Counted from the first letter of the stretch, positions 28,735-39,938 are shown. The stretch: DNA of 64,000 nucleotides from Candidatus Marinacidobacterales bacterium (GCA_965224085.1 CBDCYI010000009.1:576001-640000), one strand, 5' to 3'. The notes: a model not told the origin generated them from the sequence alone. Program-made: numbers and translations.

Positions 28735-29862
28735 GTGGAAAACGCCAAGCCAACGTCCATCGTATCGCCGGAGCAGCGGGTTACGTTCGTGGAGCTGTTC
28801 TTCGATCTCGTCTTCGTCTTTTCGGTCACCCAAGTCGTCGGGCTGCTCCACCACCACCTGGACTGGACGGGGGTGGGACAGACGGTGCTCATGTTCTGGC
28901 TTGTATGGTGGGCGTGGTCGCAGTTCACGTGGGCCCTCAACGCTGCAGACACGACACATCCCCGGGTCGCGCTCGGAACCCTTGTGGCAACAGCCGTCGC
29001 GTTCTTCATGGCCGTCTCGCTTCCCAGAGCGTTTTCGGGCGGCGCAGCATGGTTCGCGATTCCGTACGTGCTCGTTCGGCTAATCGGTTTGGGCCTCTAC
29101 ATCCAAGTAGCCTGGGTCTCGAGTCCGGCGCACCACATTGCGGTCCGCAAATTCGCCCTGCTCTCCATTGGCGGGCTCGTCGCCGTTCTGATCGGCGGAT
29201 TCGCCGGAGGCGGCGCGACGTATTGGCTGTGGGGGCTTGCGATCGTGCTCGACGTCGTCGCCGCTCTAATAGCTGCTGGGGCCGGAGAATGGGACGTGCA
29301 CCCGGAACATTTCGCTGAGCGACACGGGCTGTTTGTGATCATCGCACTCGGTGAGTCGCTCATCGTGGCCGCCGGCGGCTTTTCGGGCGCCGAGCTCACG
29401 CCGAGCCTAATCGCGGTAGGCACTCTGACGGTCGCTTCCACCTGTTCGCTTTGGTGGAGCTATTTCGGGCGCGCCAAGCCCGCACTCGACGCGGCGCTTC
29501 AAGCGGCGAAGGGGACGGCTCGAGCAACCATGAGTCGCGACGCGTTCACCTTGCTACATTTCACGATGATCCTGGGGATCATTGCGTTCGCCGTGGCGGT
29601 CGAGCAGGCGGTCCTCCACCCGGCGGACGCGCTGTCGTTCGAGATTCGACTGGCGTTCGCGGCAGGCATCGCGCTTTTCACAGGAGGCATGGCGCTGTCC
29701 CTTTGGCGCGCAACGAGCAAGCTCCCCGTGTCAAGATTGCTCCTCTCGCTCGCTACGGCGCTCGGCGCGCTCGCGGCAGGCACCACGCCCATACTGGCTC
29801 TATCCATTGCGTTCGTCGGCGTCACGACGATTGCCGTGGCCGAGCACAAATCTCCAGGCTAG
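28735..29862 (+). CDS. ltrA: Low temperature requirement protein A family
   Basis: VTFVELFFDLVFVF, WWAW, HFAERHGLFVIIALGES motifs. Confidence 0.92.
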   Translation: MENAKPTSIVSPEQRVTFVELFFDLVFVFSVTQVVGLLHHHLDWTGVGQTVLMFWLVWWAWSQFTWALNAADTTHPRVALGTLVATAVAFFMAVSLPRAFSGGAAWFAIPYVLVRLIGLGLYIQVAWVSSPAHHIAVRKFALLSIGGLVAVLIGGFAGGGATYWLWGLAIVLDVVAALIAAGAGEWDVHPEHFAERHGLFVIIALGESLIVAAGGFSGAELTPSLIAVGTLTVASTCSLWWSYFGRAKPALDAALQAAKGTARATMSRDAFTLLHFTMILGIIAFAVAVEQAVLHPADALSFEIRLAFAAGIALFTGGMALSLWRATSKLPVSRLLLSLATALGALAAGTTPILALSIAFVGVTTIAVAEHKSPG

Positions 29863-29908
29863 TCGTTTCGCCTCCCGAGTCTACATGCCTATCCGAATAG
29901 GCTCTCGA

Positions 29909-32002
29909 TCAGGGACCCACCCCTTTGAGGTAACGGTCTAAATACTCCACGAGCTTCTTGAACGCAAATCGCGTCTGGTACAGATTCTCGCGATCCCACG
30001 CGTGGCGCGACGAGGGGAGCGTGACGAGGTCCACGTTCTTCCCGAGCTCCATTAGACGCTCGACGAGCGCGAGCGAGTCTTTGTAGAGCACGATGCGATC
30101 GCGCATACCGTGAATGATGAGCAGCGGATCGCTGAGCCCCGCGGCATGAGAGAAAGCCGACGCGTTCTCGTAGGCGGCGGGCTCGTCCCAAGGCGACATC
30201 ATCACGCGCATCTCACCGGTCAGGGCGTGAAAGACGTTCGTCGCGGGCGCTCCTGCAACACCCGCTTTGTAGATCCCGGGCTTCTTGAAGAGCGACATGC
30301 AAGTCAGAAGCCCGCCATAGCTCGAGCCCCAGATACCCACGCGAGACGTGTCGGCATAGTCGAGCGTCTCGAGATATTTCACGCCGCTATGGAGGTCTTC
30401 GACGTCGATGCCGCCGTAATCCAAGCGGATCCCGCGGCGGAGCTCGCGCCCGTGTCCCCAGCTTCCGCGGATGTCGACGACGAAGAGGATGTAGCCTTGC
30501 TGCAAGAGATATTGCTCGAGGCCCCAGAGCGGGTGGGCGTTGCGCCCGCCCCATTGATTGCGCACGGTGTTGGAATAGACCGAGCCGACAATCACCGGAT
30601 ATTTTCGGCGCTCGGAAAGCTCTGGGGGCAGCAACATCCGCCCGTGAAGCGTGATGCCGTCCACGTGAGACGGGAACGAGACGTATTGCGCAGGCACCCA
30701 AGCGTGCTCGTAGAACTCCGGCCGGGGCGATTGGGTCAAACGGTGCTCGCCCGCGTCGGAGACTAGAAAGAGCTCGGGTGGCATTCGATCGCTCGAGAAC
30801 ATGTCCGCGGCGAAGCGCCCATCCGGAGAGATGACGAGGTCGTGCGTCCCGGCGCGCTCGGTAAGCTGCTCGGGCTCGCCGCCTTCGAGACCGATGCGAA
30901 AGAGCTGGCGGTCTTCCGGTCTCGGAACGTTGGCGACGTAATGGATCGCATCCTTATTGACGGTGAAGTGGGCGACGGCGAAATCGCCGCTCGTGATGCG
31001 TCGCGGCTCGCCGCCGCCATCCGACACCGCCAGGTAGTAGATGTGATAGTCGTCGTCGCGATCCGAAAGAAAGTAGATCCCGCGGCCGTCGGGGCCCCAC
31101 TCGGCTTGCCAATAGGCGGTCACGTTGAGCGCGTCATTCTCGCGATAGAGCTCGCTCACGCTACCGCCGCCCCCGTCGACCAACAGGATGCGACGGGACT
31201 TGACGTAGAGGTCGGATCGATCGACGAGCAAGCGTCTTCCATCCGGCGACCACCGATAGCTAAAGATGGACTCCGTCGGTTTGGCTTCGAGATCGATCCA
31301 TGCGACGGAAGCGTCCGCGACGGTGATGACACCGAGCCGCAAACTTCGCGGCTCTTCGCCGGGAAAGGGCCGCCGCACCGACGCCATCTCGACATTCGTC
31401 GACAGGTAGTTCGGAATGCCGCGAAGCGGTACACGGCGCTCGTCGCTCTCGAGAACAGCGATGTGGCGACCATCGGGCGACCATCGATAGCTGACGACGC
31501 GCAATTCGGCGCGCGCGTCGCCGAGGAGGCGCCTAGGCTCGCCAGGGGGCTGAAGCACCCAGAGATCGCCATCGCGCAGAAAAGCCAGATCTCCGGACGA
31601 CGCGTACGACGCGGCTGTCGCGCCGCCATCGGCGAGGACCTCGGGGGCATCTCCCACACGGAGAGAGTCGAGCGTAGCTTCGAGCTCGAAGACGATCCGC
31701 TCGCCATCGGGGTGCCAGACGACGTCGACGACGCCGCGATCTCCTTCTGCTTCGGAAGCGTAGTTGGTGACGCGCACAGGCGCGACAGGCTCTAGCGCGA
31801 GATCGACGATCCAGACGTCGCGCGCCGGATAGCCCCGGTCGTTCCAGAGAAAGGCGAGCTTGCCGCTGTCTCCGGACCAAGCCGGGCGCGTGGGCGCGGT
31901 GCCGATGAGCGACGGTAGCGAGTAGAGTCCGTCGAGGCTCAGCTGAGCTTCCGAGAGGCAGGGAAGCAGAAAGGAAATGGCGAGCAGGTAGCGTAGTATC
32001 AT
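29909..32002 (-). CDS. S9 (DPP IV-like) serine peptidase
   Basis: Signal peptide, WSPDG propeller repeats, GIWGSSYGG, HGMRD, catalytic His. Confidence 0.92.
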   Translation of the reverse strand: MILRYLLAISFLLPCLSEAQLSLDGLYSLPSLIGTAPTRPAWSGDSGKLAFLWNDRGYPARDVWIVDLALEPVAPVRVTNYASEAEGDRGVVDVVWHPDGERIVFELEATLDSLRVGDAPEVLADGGATAASYASSGDLAFLRDGDLWVLQPPGEPRRLLGDARAELRVVSYRWSPDGRHIAVLESDERRVPLRGIPNYLSTNVEMASVRRPFPGEEPRSLRLGVITVADASVAWIDLEAKPTESIFSYRWSPDGRRLLVDRSDLYVKSRRILLVDGGGGSVSELYRENDALNVTAYWQAEWGPDGRGIYFLSDRDDDYHIYYLAVSDGGGEPRRITSGDFAVAHFTVNKDAIHYVANVPRPEDRQLFRIGLEGGEPEQLTERAGTHDLVISPDGRFAADMFSSDRMPPELFLVSDAGEHRLTQSPRPEFYEHAWVPAQYVSFPSHVDGITLHGRMLLPPELSERRKYPVIVGSVYSNTVRNQWGGRNAHPLWGLEQYLLQQGYILFVVDIRGSWGHGRELRRGIRLDYGGIDVEDLHSGVKYLETLDYADTSRVGIWGSSYGGLLTCMSLFKKPGIYKAGVAGAPATNVFHALTGEMRVMMSPWDEPAAYENASAFSHAAGLSDPLLIIHGMRDRIVLYKDSLALVERLMELGKNVDLVTLPSSRHAWDRENLYQTRFAFKKLVEYLDRYLKGVGP

Positions 32003-33100
32003 TTGAGTTTGGTCACGACAAGCGTCGCATCATCCGCAAAGGGTGTTCCTCGGCGGAACTCGTCGACGCTTCGAAGCAAGCGTTGTTTGATCTCGTTGGC
32101 GGTAAGATGGGCGGCCGATACGAGGACACGCTCCATCTTGTTGTAGCCATAAGGCTCGGCCGACGCGTTCATCGCTTCGCTGATGCCGTCGGTGTAGAAG
32201 AGCAGCACGTCGCCTGGGGCGAGATCGACGTGGGTCTCCTCGAGAAGTCCAGAAAAGCGGGGCCCCTTCTGCATGCCGATCCCGACTCCACCGGGTTTGA
32301 GCCACTCGGTCGTGCCGGTGCGTGCGGAATAGTGAAGAGGGTGGTTATGTCCGGCGCGCGCGAGGACGAGCCCGTTTTTCTGGAAGTCGACAACGCCGAC
32401 GACGGCGGTAATGAAATAGTTCTTCTCGATCCGCTCGGAGATGACGTCGTTCATCTCGACGAGCATGTCTTTCGGCCCGATTGAGCCCTTTCCCAACACC
32501 TCGAACAAGGCCTGGAGCTTCATCGCGTAGAGTGCCGCCGGGATGCCTTTGCCGGATACGTCGCCCAAGATGACCGTGAAGCGTCGATTGCCCTCGAGTG
32601 CGTAATCGTAATAGTCGCCCCCGACGTCGTGGGCCGGCCGGAAGTAACTGGCGACGTCGAGATGCTTGAGCGTCGGGTTCGTGACTGGGTAAAGGCTGAA
32701 CTGGATCGCGCGGGCGATCTCGAGCTCGTCCTTCGTGAGGAGCTTTTCCGCGAGCTCGATCGCGAGAAGGACATTGAGGATGAGAAACCCGACCAAGGCG
32801 CCCGTCCAATCCGCTTGGACGAAGCCCCAAGTAAAAGCCGCGATAGAGGCGATATAGGCTATTCGGCGGGCGGGGCTGAGCTTTCGCAAAAAAACTGAGA
32901 AAAATGGCCTTAGCGTGCGCCGCGTAGCGACCGACGCCCTTTTCCGGGATGGTGGGCGCCTCCGCGTGCCCTTCCTGCTGGTAGAACGAATAGGCCCTTT
33001 GGGTGTCGCGCCGCACCAAAGTATGGATTTCGTCGAAGCCCTTAGCGACGTCGGAGCTCTTGAGCTTTGTGACCCAATCCTTCAGCGGCGGCTCGGACAT
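31999..33100 (-). pseudogene. SpoIIE/PP2C phosphatase with a frameshift in a T7 tract (32888-32894)
   Basis: VGGDYYD, GDVSGKG, YTDGISEA and DDATLV motifs; deleting one T joins ORF 33100 to ORF 32889 (LSFLRKLSPARR). May be a sequencing error. Confidence 0.8.
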
Positions 33101-33248
33101 GACAGGCAGGACTCTAGCATGAGATCCATCTCCCTGATAATGTGTACGCTCGCCCCATCGCGGGAGTTCACCCGGCGGGAATTCTTCGCTAAACTCGTGA
33201 GTAAAGGAGAATTTCCCATCTCGTCCACTTCAGACATCAGAGGCATGC

Positions 33249-34892
33249 ATGATCCCAAACGCGGAGCAACTTAGAGCCATCTCGCAAATGACGAAGGGGG
33301 ATCTCGGAGAGATCCGCTTCCCCGTCCTCCTCCATGCACTCGCCGTGCACACGCGCACGGTGGTTCTCGGCATTGAGCGCCGCCAGCTGAAAAAGGAGAT
33401 CATCCTGGAGAACGGAATCCCCGTGGATTGCCACTCCAATTTATTGCAGGACACACTCGGCAAGTTCATGATCGCCCGAGGGGCCATCAACGACGCTCAG
33501 AACCACGACACGCTCAGCGAGAGCGCGACGGCGGGGAGACCCTTTGCGGACATCCTCGTCGCCGACGGACTCATCAATGCCTCCGAGCTCTACAAGATCC
33601 TTCAGCAGAACCTGGCGAAGAAGCTCCTCGACGCCTTCTCGTGGCGGAGCGGGACGTTCCACGTCTCGGCAAACCTGCCTCCGGTCGACTCCCCGCTGAA
33701 AGTGCGGGCGCCGCAGCTCGTGCTCACGGGGATCTCGAAATTTGCCCCTGAGGACGAAATCGCAGCCGAGATCGAAGCGCTTCGAGGCGAAAAGAAGATC
33801 TTGATCAACCCGCGACCACCTTTTCCCCTCAAGGAGCTTCGTCTGTCGAAGGACCACAAGGAGATTGTGGGGCTCGTCTCCATCGGGAAAACGCTCGACG
33901 AGCTGGAAGCGGAGTCGGGTCTCGAAAAAGCGCGCGTTCTGCGGGCTCTCTATGCCCTTGCCGTCATCGGCGTCGCGCTGCCGGAAGACTGGCTCTTGAC
34001 CGTCGTCGACGCGACCCCCGATATGGATTTTGCCTCCGACGTCGAGGAAAAGTCCGTGGACACGTCGGAGACGCGACCCCCGGGCGAAGACCCCGACGCC
34101 GCCATTACCTCAGCTGTGCAAGCGGCCGAAAAAACGATGACGGCGCAAGATATCGAGACGCTTCGTAACGAGCTCATGGAGGCCTATCTGAGATATCGCA
34201 AACAGGACGCCTTCGACTTGCTCGGTATCGACGCAGAAGCGACGCGGGAGCAAGTTGAGCAAGGCTATCTCGCGTTCAGCGAGCGGTTCGCGCCGTGGAA
34301 GTTCGACCAGCCGGGACTCGAGAACTTTACCGACAAAGCACGCGATCTCTTCATTGCGGGCGGCCAGGCTTTTGGTGAGCTCCAAAACCCCGAAACGCGC
34401 AACTCGCTCGTCGCGCGCCGCAGTAGTGCCTTCGCGAAGCACCAGGCGATCCCCGTAGACGCTCGGAACGCGTTCGCGATCAAATCCAACCTGCTCGATT
34501 CGGAAACGCAGTTCAAAAAAGGGATCAAGCTCATGAAAGCCGGCCAATATGCCGACGCTCTCGAGCAGCTGCAGTTCGCTTATGACTGCGAGCCGCAGAA
34601 TAGCGACTACCGCGCCGAGCTCGCCTTTTGCCGCTACCGTAAGGACCCGGAAATCGAAAAGGCCGACGCCCTTCAAGAGCTCCACGAGACCATTCGCATC
34701 GACCCGGAATGTGGGCTCGCGCTTTGCTACGCAGGGATGATCTTTGGAGAGGCCGGCGAATTCGGCGCGGCGGAGCCGCGGCTTCAAAAAGCCATCAAGC
34801 TCATGCAACCCGATCGGCGGCCCATCGACGCGCTACGCCAGTTCAAAGTCGCGGAGCGGGAACATCCCAAGAAAAAGGGCCGCTTCTTCTGA
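33249..34892 (+). CDS. DUF4388-like + J-like + TPR protein
   Basis: KGDLGEIRFPVLL, TLGKFM, AFSWRSGTF; DAFDLLGI J-like helix; TPRs at the C-terminus. Confidence 0.8.
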   Translation: MIPNAEQLRAISQMTKGDLGEIRFPVLLHALAVHTRTVVLGIERRQLKKEIILENGIPVDCHSNLLQDTLGKFMIARGAINDAQNHDTLSESATAGRPFADILVADGLINASELYKILQQNLAKKLLDAFSWRSGTFHVSANLPPVDSPLKVRAPQLVLTGISKFAPEDEIAAEIEALRGEKKILINPRPPFPLKELRLSKDHKEIVGLVSIGKTLDELEAESGLEKARVLRALYALAVIGVALPEDWLLTVVDATPDMDFASDVEEKSVDTSETRPPGEDPDAAITSAVQAAEKTMTAQDIETLRNELMEAYLRYRKQDAFDLLGIDAEATREQVEQGYLAFSERFAPWKFDQPGLENFTDKARDLFIAGGQAFGELQNPETRNSLVARRSSAFAKHQAIPVDARNAFAIKSNLLDSETQFKKGIKLMKAGQYADALEQLQFAYDCEPQNSDYRAELAFCRYRKDPEIEKADALQELHETIRIDPECGLALCYAGMIFGEAGEFGAAEPRLQKAIKLMQPDRRPIDALRQFKVAEREHPKKKGRFF

Positions 34893-34932
34893 CCCGCCTT
34901 CGCCCGCCTTCGCCCTTCGGGCTTCGGCGGCT

Positions 34933-35495
34933 CCATCTCGAGACGTGATTTCCTGAACGGGGTCGGGGTCGCTCTGACGGGCACCCTCCTCCCCACCTCC
35001 TCGGTCGAAGCGTTTCGCCTCCTGCAGGCGAGCGACGACTACCCTCCCACGCGAACGGGCATGCGCGGCAGCCATCCCGGCTCGTTTGAAATCGCTCACG
35101 ACGTTCGCGACGGGCGAGCCCTCGCCGCCGCGTCGGAGCTTTCCGAGCGTTACGACCTCATCGTTGTCGGCGGCGGTATCAGTGGCTTGTCGGCAGCGCA
35201 TTTCTACCGCAAGCAATTCGGTCCGAGCGCCAAGATCCTTGTCGCGATCGCCGTGAACCGCTGGCCCCACGGCTATGCCTATACCTACAACACGCTGTTC
35301 GATCCCGAGCCGTGGGCTTTTACGACAACATCGGACCGCCCGGCAATCCGCGGGCGTCAGCCGATTGGAAGCCGGATCACGATCGCCAATGCGGACGCAG
35401 CTGCAAGCCCTCACACGCACGCGGCCATCAACGAAGCCTATCGCGCCGTCGCGGAGCTGAAAAGCGCGATTACTAGCGCGCCCCAACCTAATTAG
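34933..35495 (+). pseudogene. Spermidine dehydrogenase-like flavoprotein, start lost and internally deleted
   Basis: ISRRDFLNG...YPPTRTGMRGSHPGSFEIAH...YDLIVVGGGISGL joined in frame to AVNRWPHGYAY...ITIANADA. Confidence 0.8.
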
Positions 35496-37178
35496 TACCC
35501 GTCCTGACAGGTGTAAGAGGTTGAGAAAAAAGGGGTAATCGCAAATTTAGGGCTAGTCTTCTGAGGGGTTGTCGCTTAGAATCGAAGTCGTCAAAAACAA
35601 GAGTCTAAACGACTTAACTCCAAAGGAGACCAGCCCTAAATGCGAAAAACGATCAACCCACAACCAAGCCTTCGCGAGCCCTGGCTGGAGCTGGAGCACG
35701 CACGCGAACTCGAAACGATATCATCGCTGCTCGATGCCCATCCTAAGCTCAATGAGCTGGTACTGCAAGACCTGAGGTCGGTCACCCCATCGGCAGGGAG
35801 CGATGTTGGTCGTGGGGGAATGAGCGCGGAGCAGGTTCTCCGGGCGTTGTTGGTCAAGCAGCTGAATCAGTTCACCTATCGGGAGTTGGCGTTTCACTTG
35901 GCAGACTCTCGAAGCTATCGGACGTTTTGCCAGCTCGGCATCATAGAGCCGAGCCCGTCGAAGTCGACCCTAGCAGCAAACATCAAAGCCGTGAAGTTCG
36001 AAACGCTGGAGAAAATCAACCGAGAGTTGGTGAGTGTTGCCGAGAAGACCGCGATCGAAAAAGGAAGAAAAGTACGAGTGGACTGAACGGTAGTGGAGTC
36101 GAATATTCATTCTCCTACGGACTCCGAGCTTCTTTATGACTGCGTCCGAGTTCTCACTCGCCTCATGTGCCGAACTCGCGAACTGCTGGGTACAGTAGTG
36201 GTCTTCGGCAATCGAACGCGTCGAGCGAAGAGACGTCGACTGGGAGTTCTAAACGCGAAGGATAAGGAACAAAGGCGTCGCGTCTATCGAGATCTACTGA
36301 AGGTGTCGGAAGAAACCTATCGCTCCGCTCAACGCGTTGCAGACCAGTTGGACGAGTCCGGCTTGACCGAGCCGGTGAAGCGAGCGAGTGCGGAGAAGAT
36401 CGCCGCGGATTTTAAGCACTTTCTCGTCCTCACCGAAAAAGTCATCAACCAAACTCGGCGTAGAGTGATTGATGAAGAGCGTGTGCCTGCGGAGGAAAAG
36501 GTCGTTTCGATCTTCGAAGAACACACCGACATTATTCGCAAAGACCGGCGCGAGACTCTCTACGGTCACAAGGTGTGTTTGACTGGTGGCTCGTCCTCGA
36601 TGATTTTGGATTGCGTGATCTTGGATGGGAATCCGTCCGATTCAACTCTCGCGGAAACCATGATCGACCGTCAAGTCGAACTCTACGAACGGGCCCCGCG
36701 CCAGGTTGCCTACGATGGCGCGTTTTCTTCAAAGGCAAACTTGGAAGCCATCAAAGGCAAGGGAGTTGAAGATGTTGCCTTTACCAAGGCTCACTTCGCG
36801 GTGACCGATATGGTCAAGAGTTCCTGGGTCTATCAACGCCTACGGCGATTTCGCTGCGGAATCGAAGGCGTCATTTCGTTCTTGAAACGAGTCTTTGGTC
36901 TCGACCGATGCACATGGCGCTCATTGCCTTCTTTCAAATCCTACGTATGGAGTTCCATCATCACCTGCAACCTGTTGGTAATGGCAAGGCACCTATTACG
37001 ATAATAATGATTGCTCTTACTGCGTTTATAGCCATGGATTGCTGACGATTCGCCTCTCGTTTCGTCCAAGATTTTCATTCGCTTCCGAGCCTACGAGGTG
37101 CCGACTGAAAACGTATAATACCCACATCTTCGATAGGCCTCTCGTACACCACAAGTTATGGTGTTTCTGGACAGGAAC
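35495..37178 (+). mobile_element. IS element (ISNCY/IS5-like DDE), copy 1
   Basis: Imperfect IRs GTACCCGTCCTGA / TCTGGACAGGAAC; 6-bp TSD TAATTA. Confidence 0.9.
35640..37004 (+). pseudogene. Transposase with a premature stop at 36084-36086
   Basis: Identical protein to 40377-41741 except Cys TGC changed to TGA. Confidence 0.92.
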
Positions 37179-37181
37179 TAA

Positions 37182-37904
37182 TTAAGACCCGAAGCGGAGC
37201 TTGTTCTCCACCGACAACACACCGTGCGTTTGCCGGATGATGGACGCCGCTTTTTGCTTGGCCATTTGGTTCCGTACCACGCCCGTCAGGAGGACCCGCG
37301 AGCGATTGACGATGATGCGGATCGGAGGGTGCGCCATCCCCGCGTAGTCGGAGAACATCGAGTCACGGTAGAGGCGATTGGCGAGCGTTTGCCGCAACCG
37401 GCTGTCTTGCAAGGAATTCGGGAGCACCTCGATCTGGTTGCTGAACTCTTGAATGCCGAGGACGTTGTGCATCCTCTTTTCGATGCCCTCTTTCTTGAAA
37501 GGTTCCGTGACGAACCCCATGATGACGATGCTCCCATCCTTCACGATCGCGTTCGCATCGTCGAAGACGGTTAGGTTCCCGTACCTCCGGATCTGTTTGA
37601 CGACTTCCTGGCCGAGCTTGTTGGCGCTCTCCGCCTGAGCGATCTCGATATCGGCTTCGACGTCCTCGATTTCGGGCTGGGCGAGCGCGACCTCGACAGC
37701 CTTGTTCTTCGCGAACACGTTTCGGACTTGGCCGGTGAGAATCGCGGTGGCTCCCTCGAGCTCAACGTTGAGTTTGATCTTTTCCTTCTTGAAGTCTTTT
37801 TCGATCTGTTTCAGGATCTCGCCCGGGCTACGCTGCGCAACCAGTGACGCAGGCAAAGCGAGGAATAGCAGGGCGACCGTAAGCCTTCTGACCTTGTTCT
37901 TCAT
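37182..37904 (-). CDS. BON-domain secreted protein
   Basis: Signal peptide; repeated BON motifs (ILTGQV, VLLTGVV, GVLSVENKL). Confidence 0.88.
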   Translation of the reverse strand: MKNKVRRLTVALLFLALPASLVAQRSPGEILKQIEKDFKKEKIKLNVELEGATAILTGQVRNVFAKNKAVEVALAQPEIEDVEADIEIAQAESANKLGQEVVKQIRRYGNLTVFDDANAIVKDGSIVIMGFVTEPFKKEGIEKRMHNVLGIQEFSNQIEVLPNSLQDSRLRQTLANRLYRDSMFSDYAGMAHPPIRIIVNRSRVLLTGVVRNQMAKQKAASIIRQTHGVLSVENKLRFGS

Positions 37905-37930
37905 ACCTATTCTCCCGTGCCGATTGTAGC

Positions 37931-38761
37931 TTATTTGCGCCGCGAGCTCTTCTTCTGGACCTTGGGCGCGAAGTTCTTCCCGAGCCTAGTCTCGAAACCG
38001 GCCGCTTGGCGGTGGCCGCCATTGTGAAACTGGCGCGCGATCTCGGAAACGTCGAAGTCTTCGCGCGAGCGAAGAGACCACTGACGAATCCCGTCGCCGC
38101 GGTCAAAGTAAATGACGACGAAACGCGCCTCGGGATGACGTCGCAAGAGCTCCTCGCCAACTTCGGAGCCGACCACGGCGCCGTTCACGATGGGCACGCG
38201 ATAGCCCGCGAGCTCCTCGAACCGAACCTGGTCACAGAGAAGCGCGACTTGCTCCTGTTGGTAGCGGAGGATCGGCACACCTTCCTTCGCGAGCGCGGAC
38301 ACGTCGAGCCCGCTCCAGACCTCGAAATCCATAGGGTACGAGCTCAAGGCAGCGTATACTTCGCGGCTTTGTGGAAGCTCGTACCGCCAAAGGTCGTGCT
38401 CCATGACGTAGCGAAGAAGTTTAGGTACGGGCTCCTCTGGATGGAAGTGCTCCCAAGCGAGCACCGCGCCGCTCTTACTGTTGTCGAAAACCGCATAGTC
38501 GAGTCCCTCGAGCGCCTCCTCCGCGGTCCGGTGGTGATCGATTACTCGAAGCTCGGCGAAGCGGTTCCGCATGGCGACGATCACCTCTCGCGGATAGCAG
38601 AAGTCAAGAATGTAGACGGAAGAGCCCTTGGGGAGCACCGGTGCCGGAACCCCGTGGCGGACGGGGAGATAGGTTGCCTCGTCGCCGAGCTTGCGCCAGG
38701 CGGCCCAGGCCGCGCCGAAGCCGTCGGCGCAGTTGGCGTGATAGAGAACGGTGTCGGTCAA
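37931..38761 (-). CDS. DHH/DHHA1 phosphoesterase
   Basis: YHANCADG, ILDF, IDHH, SLRS and GGH motifs. Confidence 0.9.
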   Translation of the reverse strand: MTDTVLYHANCADGFGAAWAAWRKLGDEATYLPVRHGVPAPVLPKGSSVYILDFCYPREVIVAMRNRFAELRVIDHHRTAEEALEGLDYAVFDNSKSGAVLAWEHFHPEEPVPKLLRYVMEHDLWRYELPQSREVYAALSSYPMDFEVWSGLDVSALAKEGVPILRYQQEQVALLCDQVRFEELAGYRVPIVNGAVVGSEVGEELLRRHPEARFVVIYFDRGDGIRQWSLRSREDFDVSEIARQFHNGGHRQAAGFETRLGKNFAPKVQKKSSRRK

Positions 38762-38897
38762 GTCTCTGATCCTATCCCAAGATTTGCCTTCCGATGAACT
38801 CTATTGCTAGAATTACCGCTCTCGCGCCGCTCAATGTTCGGCCCCGCAATGGCTCGGGAAACCCGTTAGCTTTCTATAGGAAATTATGTGTTGTGAC

Positions 38898-39938
38898 ATG
38901 AATCGTGGTCTAGCTCTTTTGCTGTCACAGATTCTTCTCGGAACCCTCACCATCGGCTGTAGCGACAATAGTAGCTCGCCCACCAGTCCTTCAAATCCAT
39001 CGTCGGGTGCGCCCACGGATAGCTCCCTCACTGCCCCAGTAGCGCAGTCGCCCGGCTCTGGAGAACAGATCGAGACCGTACAGCCCGAGCTCGTCGTAAA
39101 TAATGCCACCGGCGGCTCCGGAGCTCGGACCTACAGTTTCGAGGTCGCAACGGACAGCGCCTTTCAGCAAAGTGTCGCTTCGGAGAGCGGGTTGATGGAA
39201 GGGCTGGGGGGCATCACAAAATGGCGCGTTCCGGAAGCCCTTGCAGCCAACGCCCGCTTCTTCTGGCGCGCGCGCGCAAGCACGAGCTCCGGCGCGGGCC
39301 CGTTTTCCGGCACCGCGGAGTTCCGCATCAAGGCCGGTTTTACGCGAGACCGAGCTTCCGAAGTCGTGCTATTCGATCCTCTGACGAGCGGCTCGACCGT
39401 CGGGACCTTGATGGGAGGCCAGTTCGTCGCCGGGGGATGGCAACCGCAGATGAACACCGACTGTATCCGCTATCAGTTGCCGACGCTTCGAGAGGGCTTT
39501 CTCGAGTTCGAGACGACCAATGTCAGCTCGCCGAACCCGTTCCCCGGCAAACGCATGCTCGTCAGCATGTGGGATCCGTCGAAAGGCGAATACACGACAA
39601 ACCCGTTTCGTATGCATCTCCAAAAATTGGACCGGAGCACGGTGACTTTTGGGGACGTGCGTCTGCGCTGGATTTCACGCGGCCAGGAAGCGAATACGAA
39701 TATCAGCTTCTTCGACTTCGACCCCTCGATCGTTTATTCGTGGCGCATCGAGTGGGGCAGCTTCCCTGGAATTTCGTCCCAGCACGTGAAAGTGTTTCTC
39801 GAAGGCTTCGAGATCCTCACACGTAACTACGATCGTGCCTATAGCCCGAACCCGCATTGGCTCGAGCTCGGCAACTGTAGTCGCGCGGAAACCCTCGAGC
39901 AGGCCATCTGGTCCAATATCCGAGTCGGCAGCCGCTAA
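38898..39938 (+). CDS. Hypothetical lipoprotein (Ig/FN3-like N-domain)
   Basis: Lipobox TIGC, Ser/Pro linker, YSFEVATDSAF...FFWRARA. Confidence 0.75.
   Translation: MNRGLALLLSQILLGTLTIGCSDNSSSPTSPSNPSSGAPTDSSLTAPVAQSPGSGEQIETVQPELVVNNATGGSGARTYSFEVATDSAFQQSVASESGLMEGLGGITKWRVPEALAANARFFWRARASTSSGAGPFSGTAEFRIKAGFTRDRASEVVLFDPLTSGSTVGTLMGGQFVAGGWQPQMNTDCIRYQLPTLREGFLEFETTNVSSPNPFPGKRMLVSMWDPSKGEYTTNPFRMHLQKLDRSTVTFGDVRLRWISRGQEANTNISFFDFDPSIVYSWRIEWGSFPGISSQHVKVFLEGFEILTRNYDRAYSPNPHWLELGNCSRAETLEQAIWSNIRVGSR

Noticed and set aside
36084-36086. Selenocysteine recoding of the TGA replacing Cys
   Set aside because: The sister copy has TGC and is otherwise near-identical; a single nonsense mutation is simpler.
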